Shown in pieces: positions 1 to 7,606 of a stretch of 64,000 nucleotides of DNA. The position numbers and the translations under genes were made by a program. Each line of letters begins with the position of its first letter. The stretch's first letter is position 1. Location of the stretch: contig OZ287694.1 of assembly GCA_965649825.1 (NCBI GenBank), positions 2,368,902 to 2,432,901 of the forward strand, in the 5' to 3' direction. Source of the stretch: Penicillus capitatus (Eukaryota > Plantae > Chlorophyta). The notes under the pieces are model-generated. The model made no database searches. It was not told the origin of the DNA and saw nothing but the letters and a program-made list of their open reading frames with translations.

Positions 1-838
1 ACCGAAATCACGACGAGGCATGTGGTGTAGTGCTCTCGGATGTACTGTCCCGTTGTCCTGAATTTTCGTCCCCGTTTGCGGCGGGCGAGTGTCACCCAAG
101 TGATCGAGAAGATGAAGTAAAGGGCGACGAGGACCATCAGCGGCGTCGTCAGTCGAATCCAGAGGGCCTTGATGGAAGCAGGCACCCCGCCATGTCTGTG
201 ATCGAAGTTGCACTCCACTGGCACGTCCAGCATATCGCTAGGCAGTCCAACGATCCCAGCTACAAACAGAACGGGCGGTGAAGGGACAGTTATTGACACG
301 AGGACTGACCTTCTACGGTGAGCATGGTGTTGAGCGCGGGACTCCAGTCGGTCTGCAACCGCAAGGCGGCGCTGGTCACCTGGAGGTAGTTGATCAGGAC
401 CTGCACCACGACTGAGAGCTCGAAACACGGCGTCTGCAATGCGCTTACTTTCAGAGTTTCTGTCAACTGCACCGTCGCGACGAGCTGGTCAGCCAAGATC
501 TCTCGAATCTGGGGGTCCGAGCAGTCCATGCTGCCCACGCTACCTGCCGGCGACATAGGCATTGATGACGGCTCATGGCATCCGAGGCTCACCTGTTGTC
601 CTTCTGCTGATCGCCGATGCATTCTTCAGCGATCGTCGGATCGGTCGAGCTCTCTCGAGCGTCCGGGCCCTGGGCGCAGTCGCACGGCGCAGCTCGTGTT
701 TGACCAGACTCACTCTGGCACTCGTGGACATCAGCGTGACGAAACAGTTAGCACCGATGAGAAAAAACCACGAGCATATTCCAATAAGAAAGCAGACCCA
801 GAGCCTGATGCTACTTTCTGGACATTTCTGGCAGGCGT
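1..838 (-). pseudogene. 3' part of a large multipass membrane protein (same family as 44483-49501 and 61466-64000); 5' part cut off at the LTR; runs off the window start
   Basis: Spliced minus-strand reading gives ACQKCPESSIRLWVCFLIGICSWFFLIG...ETLK|VLINYLQVTSAALRLQTDWSPALNTML...WIRLTTPLMVLVALYFIFSITW. This parallels CVECSTK-TM1...ETIK|IFVNFSQVTAIVVNINLEW in the full-length paralogue, with the same intron position. GT-AG introns are intact. Confidence 0.75.
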
Positions 839-1142
839 TGTCGCGTAGGTTTTTGGATGGAAACAATTTTAAAGGTGGGCGCACGTAGACCTGTGAAACG
901 TAAAGTCTTACAAACGAAAGACAAGTTCTGTACATCTACAACGCTTTTATAGGGTACTTTATTTTAAGTAACAAAAAGGAATATTCTGCAAAGATCCGGA
1001 ATCTACTTGGAATCTGTGACGTAGAGCCGCGGGTCTATTTGTGGATGGGAAGGTATAGAGAACCTACGACCTGTCACCTGGAGATCGACACAAGTGTAGG
1101 TAGATGAGCGCATTATCGCGAGCGCTACGCCTTAACACGACA
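839..1142 (-). repeat. 3' LTR (304 bp)
   Basis: Identical by eye to 7303-7606. Ends TGTCG...CGACA (5-bp inverted repeat). Minus strand has TATAAAA at 951-945 and TGTAA at 912-908. Confidence 0.97.
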
Positions 1143-1146
1143 TGGG

Positions 1147-1164
1147 CCCACCTATCTTCTGTCT
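1147..1164 (-). other. Polypurine tract
   Basis: Minus-strand AGACAGAAGATAGGTGGG lies 4 nt before the 3' LTR and overlaps the pol stop codon. Confidence 0.7.
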
Positions 1165-4154
1165 AATCTCCGAAGGAAGTCACGATGGACATTGTGCAGC
1201 GTCGAACCATTGGGCATACGGATATCCCACCGGTGGTCACTATGTTCTTTCACTACCACACAAGGATAGACCCATTTGGAGTATAGTTTGGAGTCGAGGC
1301 GGTCGGCCAACTTCGAGTTGTACCACGAGACCTCGGCTCCCACTTCAATGGGACGGATCTTAACTTTCTTGTGGTGCCTTGTCTTATTTTGCTGGTGTGC
1401 CTTAATTATTCGTTGATAAGCTAGTCCTCGGTCGGTGTCCAGCTGTGGTGGACTAGTTATCGTGCCGTTCCGTTGTGTGCCAGTTAGAAGGTATTGTGGA
1501 CAGAACAGAGTCGTACTATGAATCGTTCGGTTGATCTCATGCACGCTCGTGCTCACATGTGTCGTCCAATCACCCCCCTTTTCCGCCCATATCCTCCGAA
1601 GTCGATTTACGAGGTTTCGGTTGAACGCCTCGACAGTGCCTGCACTTTTGTGGGAATAGGTTGGGGTGTGTAGCAGATCAATTCCGTGCTGTGCGCAGGT
1701 ACTCTCGAAGCTCCTGGCAATGAAGGCGCTTCCGTTGTCGCACAGGATCCTCTGTGGAGCCCCAAAGTTTCGTGCCCATTCGAGTACCAGCTTAATAGCC
1801 TGTGCTGCCGAGCACGTCTTACATGGGCGCCCCATGCCAAACTTAGTGAAAGCGTCGATCCCGGTAGCGATATACCGAAACCCGTGGCTGCCACGGTTCA
1901 GCGGTCCTATGAAGTCTAGACACAGTGTGTGGTTCGGGGATGGACTGTCAATCATACCCAAGTCCACCTCAGATCGTGGGTTGCGAAACATTTGGCACGT
2001 CTCGCAGTTATTGACGTAATCTCGCACGTCATTGAAGTCGTTCGTCCAGCGGGTACCGTCGGACCGCAGGTTCAGGAATGTCTTCTTGACCCCGAAGTGG
2101 CCTGCATGCGCCTTCTTGATGAGCTCGGTCCGTTCTTCCGGAGTATAGGATACGGAGTTCACTTGATATCCCTGTTGCTTCTTCTTGGTGTGAAATTCGA
2201 CAGGTGCGTTGTCTCTCCATCGGCTGAGAAGATCCGCTATCACGTTGTCCTTCCCCTCTACAAAACAGAAGTGGAGACGATCATGGGAAAAGTGGTGCCG
2301 GAGCCAGCAATGCTGTCTCTGGATCCGGAGGTCCTTGAACTTGTGCAGGAATGTCGGCTCCTTGAGCCAATTGACCGTCGCCATGTTGTCGGAGTAAACG
2401 AATACCTCCGTCTGCTTGATCACAAAGTAACATTCCTTCAAGGCCCGTACTATTCCCATCAGTTCTCCCAGAAAGCTTCCGACCCTCTGTTTCGTCGTGA
2501 AGGAGCCAAAGAGAACAGGTTGCAAGGTCGAGTTAAGCAATACGTATCCGAACTGGTTGAGTGGGTTACCACACCAATCCGTATACAGATGGAATGGCCC
2601 CCTTCTTTCCAACGTCAGTCGGTACGTACTGATGCATAGAGATTGAACTGCGTCCTTGTAGATCTCGTCAGCTTTGGTGTAGTCATTGTGTTCGCGCTTC
2701 AGGAATGGCTTGAGTTGCGTGACGATCGCGTCGTATTTGTAACAGTACTGTGCCAGTTGCTGGCACAGACCCATGGCCTTCTGAACGTCGTGACGTGATG
2801 TGATTGTCGGCAGCTTCTGGAGTATGGCCTGGGCCCTGTGGTAGGGGTTTAGCGTCCCGGCACTGAGCTCAGTACCCAGAAAGCTCACCGAAGTCTCAAA
2901 CCAGTCACACTTTTGGCAGTTGATCGTCAAGCCATATTCGTCGAAACGTTTCAATAAAAGCTTGGTCTTGTCGAGGAGTTCCTCCTCGGTTTCGCCGCCG
3001 ATCAATATGTCATCGAAGTATCGTATCACATCCAACCCCTGCAGGATGTGGGTCATGCGGTTATTGAAAAGCTCCGGACTGACGTTGACGCCTTGTGGCA
3101 GTCTTCGAAAGCCGTACGTCACGCCGTTCCAATGTAGTGCAAAGAAAAGCGAAATATTGTCGTCGATGGGGATGGAGCCGTAGCCGTGAACAATGTCCAC
3201 GATGGTGTATACGGTCCACTTGGGATCCACCTTCTGGATGATGTTCGACACCGGAATGATGGTCCCCCCTTGCGTTCCTTCGAGGTACGTGTTGATGTCG
3301 CGGAAGTCAATGGTGGGCCGGATCTTGCCATTCGGTTTGCGTATAAAGTTCAAAGGTGCTACGACGGCGTGTATTGCCTCGGCAACAGACAACGGTCGTA
3401 TGACACCCTCCTTGTTTAGCGAATCGATCTCTTTTGAGATCTCTTCGTTGGTGAGACCCGAGACGTAGTTCTCCCTCCAGCATGGCTTAGGCTCGCCCAT
3501 CCAACAAAGATCCCTGTTGCGTACCCTGATGTCCCACAGCCTGCTGGTCGTCGGGCGAATGGTGTCCGAAAAGACCAGGGGAAATTCTTGTCTTAGCCGA
3601 GCCACTATCGCATCCTTGTCGATTGGTGTAGTGATGCTCATGATATTGACACGTTTGGTCTTTATTCGCAGCGGGTACTCTGTCCCATCAACATCGACGA
3701 TGGATTCCACGTCACCCTTGGCACAGCACAATCGCATCTTGCTGGTGATATGCTGTGGAACATCGGATTGGTTGAAGATTACCACGCTGATCTGACCATT
3801 CGTGTGTACCTTGACCTTGCAGAAAATGTTTTTATTGTGGGTGCAGTCAAAGAATGCAGTCCAGGTTGTTGTTTCCGAGAACTTGAAAGGTAAGATGATA
3901 CGGCGACTCCGAAAGGGTCCTAACACAAAACTTCTCCCTGCCATGAAGACGATCCAGCCGTTTTGCTTGAATGGGAATAGCTCCCGGTCAATGGATTCTG
4001 TGACTTGGAGTGGTGAAGGTGTTAGTCTTTCTTCTTGTCTATTTGGCGGTGTCTCGTCGTTCCAGTTCGATTTCACTAGTACCAGGCGTTTCACGTGCGG
4101 CTTCTGTTGTGCGTCATGCGCCTGCTGAAAAACAGGCTGGTCCCTCAGTTTTTT
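1152..4154 (-). CDS. pol: Pol ORF: dUTPase-like remnant, reverse transcriptase, RNase H, integrase; probably entered by -1 frameshift
   Basis: RT: RKPNGKIRPTIDFR, LPQG, YFDD. RNase H: LYTDW, GELMG, YSDN, IADLLSR. IN: HAGHFG..CETC zinc finger, LDF/DNG/VEAFN catalytic triad, GPY/F-like tail. The frame is open from the slippery site at 4154 to TAG at 1152. Confidence 0.96.
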   Translation of the reverse strand, partial: KKLRDQPVFQQAHDAQQKPHVKRLVLVKSNWNDETPPNRQEERLTPSPLQVTESIDRELFPFKQNGWIVFMAGRSFVLGPFRSRRIILPFKFSETTTWTAFFDCTHNKNIFCKVKVHTNGQISVVIFNQSDVPQHITSKMRLCCAKGDVESIVDVDGTEYPLRIKTKRVNIMSITTPIDKDAIVARLRQEFPLVFSDTIRPTTSRLWDIRVRNRDLCWMGEPKPCWRENYVSGLTNEEISKEIDSLNKEGVIRPLSVAEAIHAVVAPLNFIRKPNGKIRPTIDFRDINTYLEGTQGGTIIPVSNIIQKVDPKWTVYTIVDIVHGYGSIPIDDNISLFFALHWNGVTYGFRRLPQGVNVSPELFNNRMTHILQGLDVIRYFDDILIGGETEEELLDKTKLLLKRFDEYGLTINCQKCDWFETSVSFLGTELSAGTLNPYHRAQAILQKLPTITSRHDVQKAMGLCQQLAQYCYKYDAIVTQLKPFLKREHNDYTKADEIYKDAVQSLCISTYRLTLERRGPFHLYTDWCGNPLNQFGYVLLNSTLQPVLFGSFTTKQRVGSFLGELMGIVRALKECYFVIKQTEVFVYSDNMATVNWLKEPTFLHKFKDLRIQRQHCWLRHHFSHDRLHFCFVEGKDNVIADLLSRWRDNAPVEFHTKKKQQGYQVNSVSYTPEERTELIKKAHAGHFGVKKTFLNLRSDGTRWTNDFNDVRDYVNNCETCQMFRNPRSEVDLGMIDSPSPNHTLCLDFIGPLNRGSHGFRYIATGIDAFTKFGMGRPCKTCSAAQAIKLVLEWARNFGAPQRILCDNGSAFIARSFESTCAQHGIDLLHTPTYSHKSAGTVEAFNRNLVNRLRRIWAEKGGDWTTHVSTSVHEINRTIHSTTLFCPQYLLTGTQRNGTITSPPQLDTDRGLAYQRIIKAHQQNKTRHHKKVKIRPIEVGAEVSWYNSKLADRLDSKLYSKWVYPCVVVKEHSDHRWDIRMPNGSTLHNVHRDFLRRLDRR

Positions 4155-7100
4155 GAAACAGAAACGTTGTGGATGAGTATTTTGTTACCTTTGTCGTCAT
4201 AGACTGCATCCTCCTCGCAGTTGAGCTGCAACTTGAATGCCTGAAGGGCCTGCATTCCCAGAATCGGGCGTTGGACACCTTCACAGACGACAAATGGTAT
4301 CTCGGCGCTCTGTTTCCCGAGGGTGCACAACAAAGAGATCTCGCCACTCGTCTTGGTCGTCTTGTTGTTAAAGCTAATCACGTCCCGAACTTTCGACGAC
4401 CTTAGGACCAAGTTGTGTTTCCTCGCCAGCTTCGCTGGAAGGACATTCGTTTGCGCACCGGTATCCAGCAGGCAAGAGATCTTTCCGGCAATGTCCTCCA
4501 TGCTGAGTGGGACATTGTACTGTAACATCCTTCGAGACTCTTGGCGCTGTACCGGATTCGTCTGTGCCACGGTCCTTGATTCTGGTGCCTTTGGAGTTTT
4601 CGTGACCGTGGGGCAGTCCTTCCAGGAGTGGCCTTTCTGACCGCATCTTTCGCATGTGTGCCCGACGTCTTGACGCATGTTCTTCCGGCCATCCGCCCTG
4701 GCGTGTCCTCGACTGTTCTGTTCCTGTTCCAGACACTCGTCGATGATCAGTTGCACACGCGGCCAATTCTCTGCATTTCCCCACGGCAACCCACGCAGGC
4801 GTGACTGGATGTGTGCATTCGCGATGTTGAAGATCCGCTCAGTCGCTGTAGCGTACTTGAGTGGGTCTTGTACCAACTCAAGTAGCTTCGACATTCTTCG
4901 TGCGAACTGAGACAGATTCTCCTTTCGTTTGGGCAACAGCGTGTGCACGTCCTTCATGGAGGGTCCCTTCTCGTTGTGTCTTGTGGGTGCGTGACTCACT
5001 GGTGTGCGTGGGGTTGCGGCATCCTTTTCCTGACGCTTTTGTCCCTCTTGCTGTCGTCGCGTGGCCTTTTGAACGTCGGGTGACAATTCAGGGTGATGCT
5101 GCTCACAGCTAACCTGCTGAATTCGTGTCCGATCCTCGACTGCTTCTAATCGCTGTCCGATACTGGTAAAGCTCGCTTCAAGACTTGTCTCCATTCTCCC
5201 TTGTCTATTGACAAGTCTCCTTTCGAGGTCTTCGGCGCGTCTCATGAGCTCCTCTTGCATTGCCTGTATACCTTCCATCAGGGATTGTATTAAGCCTCCT
5301 TGTTCAGTGTCTCGACGGGTCTCTGATAACGGATCTGGGTGGATTTCAGTCACTATATTCTGTTGGTTTGCCCGTCGTGGCGACTGCTGAGCCGGCGGAG
5401 GCGGTGGCGACTGCTGAGCCGGCGGAGGCGGTGGCGACTGCTGAGCCGGCGGAGGCGGTGGCGACTGCTGAGCCGACTCCTGGGTGGTCTGTTCTTGAGT
5501 CGGTTGTTGCGCCTGAGCCCCTTGTCCCCGCATCAGATTCCACACGATTCTGAGTAGCCAGCAAATCCCCTGGGTTATGGCTACGATTCGCATCACAACC
5601 TTGCGGATGTTCCTGAATACATTCAAAATCCACGCGGCGACGTTGTATAGAAGCATAGCAGCGCCTACCAACTGCCAGCCGTTCCCCGTAGCCAGGGCGC
5701 TACGAATTGCTTTGATTCCAAATTTATCCCATAGTGTGCCTAACACCCATGTAACTGCGTTATCACGGGTACCGGTTAGCCATTTTATAGAGCGGTCGTG
5801 GAATGTATCATTCCCGTGACTGCTCTCCCAACCGTTAGCCTGGCTTTCGCAGATGCAATCGTCTAGAGCCGTCTTCATGTTGCCTGTGTGTTCGTTGATC
5901 TTGTTTATTGTCTCGCGGATATTATTGAGAGTGTCATTGAGGTGCTGCCAATCGACATTAGAACTCTTAGCATGTGACTCTTGTGACGTTTCAGGTCCTT
6001 GGTTGTCTGTCGACGAACCATTTACCGTGATGTTCAGGAACTGGGTGATGCCGTCCAAGGTCTCTGCGACGTGTCGCACTTCTCCTACGAGAGAGGACTT
6101 CCTAGATGGGAAGTTGTTGATGATCGAGACTGTCGCAGTCGTCAACAAACTCGCTGGGGAGAATACGGACAACACACCTCTGTTTGTCGCCCAGTTGACG
6201 ATCCCATGAGCAGTAAGACCTACGACAGCACTAGTGATCATTGCGTCAATATAGTCTGGCCAAGTGATGTCGATTCCCATTCTGAAGTCGGGGATCATGT
6301 ACCAAGATTGCCCATCTTCGACAGGTAGAGCATCTCCCATCTCGTGCAAATTGAAGACATTTTCTGGAGGGAGTTCTTGTTCTGTCCATTGGTCTTCGGA
6401 CTCTTCGGACTCTTCGGACTCTTCGGACTGTTCGGGATCGGATCGCGGAGCCTCCTCGTCGAATAGATCTTCCGCCAATTCTACCGGAATCTCGTATTCG
6501 TCATACTCGAGCTTGTAAGCTTCCGCGCTGGGTTCCGAATCCATCGGCAAGTCCGTATTAGTTTGTACGTCTTCATGTTCTGCGACGGGGATAGCGAACT
6601 CAAAACGCCTGCGGAGGGCTCTGGCTGAGCCGGCTATGGTGCGTCTGTCTTCTTCGGCATTTGTGTCTGTACACACGAGGTCATATATCTTCTGTCTAGA
6701 TGCGTCCAGCACCGCTTTTGGTTCCCACGTCTGTGAATGAGGATTGCCCGGGATTAGTAGGAAGAAGGACATTCCTGTAGCCAGAATCGGCTTTCCTCCC
6801 CAATGTATCAAGGAACCCTCGCCGAGAAGCATGATCAGCATATTGGCTTCCTCGTACGTAATGCCTTCGCTTGCGTCATAGAAGATGATGCCGTTAGGGC
6901 ACTTTTTGACGAAGACCGCGATCTCCCTTTGAATTATTCTAGCCTCATTCACAGATTTGGATTGCGGTTTAATATACTTGAAACAACTGCTCTTTTGCAG
7001 ACTAGGCTCATTCTTGATTCCGTTAACCAGTGAGTCGCATGTACTTGTCGTACAGTAGAGAACTGTAGACGTCGCTTTATCGTAAAAGTTGTTGTCTACC

Positions 7101-7303
7101 TTGTCGTTTATACTACGAGCAAGGTTATCGACATACTGATCTATCCAGTCTCCGCCACCGCGGATGTTTTCCTGGATGCTTGTTAGGGTTTTATTCCGTA
7201 ACCCTATTATTTCATCCTTCCAGCCAAACCATGAGCCGTGCGTGACGGCGGCAAAGTGTAGAAGAACCCACAACAGTATTGGAAGCACTCGCTCCGAAAC
7301 CAT
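4145..7303 (-). CDS. gag: ORF1 (1052 aa): signal peptide + pseudo-AAA+-like domain + membrane/env-like region + Gag (coiled coil, CCHC knuckle) + aspartic protease
   Basis: Starts MVSERVLPILLWVLLHFAAVTHG. Zinc knuckle CERCGQKGHSWKDC at 4613-4654. Protease LLDTGAQTNVL...ILGMQAL. No stop over 3159 nt. Confidence 0.9.
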   Translation of the reverse strand: MVSERVLPILLWVLLHFAAVTHGSWFGWKDEIIGLRNKTLTSIQENIRGGGDWIDQYVDNLARSINDKVDNNFYDKATSTVLYCTTSTCDSLVNGIKNEPSLQKSSCFKYIKPQSKSVNEARIIQREIAVFVKKCPNGIIFYDASEGITYEEANMLIMLLGEGSLIHWGGKPILATGMSFFLLIPGNPHSQTWEPKAVLDASRQKIYDLVCTDTNAEEDRRTIAGSARALRRRFEFAIPVAEHEDVQTNTDLPMDSEPSAEAYKLEYDEYEIPVELAEDLFDEEAPRSDPEQSEESEESEESEDQWTEQELPPENVFNLHEMGDALPVEDGQSWYMIPDFRMGIDITWPDYIDAMITSAVVGLTAHGIVNWATNRGVLSVFSPASLLTTATVSIINNFPSRKSSLVGEVRHVAETLDGITQFLNITVNGSSTDNQGPETSQESHAKSSNVDWQHLNDTLNNIRETINKINEHTGNMKTALDDCICESQANGWESSHGNDTFHDRSIKWLTGTRDNAVTWVLGTLWDKFGIKAIRSALATGNGWQLVGAAMLLYNVAAWILNVFRNIRKVVMRIVAITQGICWLLRIVWNLMRGQGAQAQQPTQEQTTQESAQQSPPPPPAQQSPPPPPAQQSPPPPPAQQSPRRANQQNIVTEIHPDPLSETRRDTEQGGLIQSLMEGIQAMQEELMRRAEDLERRLVNRQGRMETSLEASFTSIGQRLEAVEDRTRIQQVSCEQHHPELSPDVQKATRRQQEGQKRQEKDAATPRTPVSHAPTRHNEKGPSMKDVHTLLPKRKENLSQFARRMSKLLELVQDPLKYATATERIFNIANAHIQSRLRGLPWGNAENWPRVQLIIDECLEQEQNSRGHARADGRKNMRQDVGHTCERCGQKGHSWKDCPTVTKTPKAPESRTVAQTNPVQRQESRRMLQYNVPLSMEDIAGKISCLLDTGAQTNVLPAKLARKHNLVLRSSKVRDVISFNNKTTKTSGEISLLCTLGKQSAEIPFVVCEGVQRPILGMQALQAFKLQLNCEEDAVYDDKGNKILIHNVSVSKN
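4148..4154 (-). other. Putative -1 ribosomal frameshift heptamer A-AAA-AAC
   Basis: Minus-strand TCA AAA AAC TGA ends ORF1, and the -1 frame (AAA AAA CTG AGG...) is continuous with pol. A GCCTGT/GCAGGC stem lies about 10 nt downstream. Confidence 0.8.
5377..5475 (-). repeat. 27-bp tandem repeat (about 3.7 copies) encoding (AQQSPPPPP)n in ORF1
   Basis: Unit gtggcgactgctgagccggcggaggcg is repeated with no spacers. Confidence 0.95.
7291..7302 (-). other. Primer-binding site, initiator tRNA-Met-like
   Basis: TGGTTTCGGAGC directly after the 5' LTR; matches the plant/algal iMet PBS consensus TGGTATCAGAGC at 10 of 12 positions. Confidence 0.75.
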
Positions 7304-7606
7304 GTCGCGTAGGTTTTTGGATGGAAACAATTTTAAAGGTGGGCGCACGTAGACCTGTGAAACGTAAAGTCTTACAAACGAAAGACAAGTTCTGTACATC
7401 TACAACGCTTTTATAGGGTACTTTATTTTAAGTAACAAAAAGGAATATTCTGCAAAGATCCGGAATCTACTTGGAATCTGTGACGTAGAGCCGCGGGTCT
7501 ATTTGTGGATGGGAAGGTATAGAGAACCTACGACCTGTCACCTGGAGATCGACACAAGTGTAGGTAGATGAGCGCATTATCGCGAGCGCTACGCCTTAAC
7601 ACGACA
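7303..7606 (-). repeat. 5' LTR (304 bp)
   Basis: Identical by eye to 839-1142; TG...CA termini. Confidence 0.97.

Larger units (their letters stand above)
839..7606 (-). mobile_element. Full-length Ty3/gypsy (Metaviridae-type) LTR retrotransposon, apparently intact
   Basis: Two direct 304-bp repeats with TG...CA ends, a PBS, a PPT, and two long uninterrupted ORFs with domain order Gag-PR / RT-RNaseH-IN. Confidence 0.97.

Noticed and set aside
1152-1400. Chromodomain at the integrase C-terminus
   Set aside because: Pol ends right after the GPY/F-like tail; there is no room or motif for a chromodomain.
1929-2639. 236-aa antisense ORF inside pol
   Set aside because: Mirror frame of RNase H/integrase with no independent signal.
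5377-5475. 27-bp repeat array as CRISPR
   Set aside because: Contiguous repeats with no spacers, in frame in ORF1, in a eukaryotic context.
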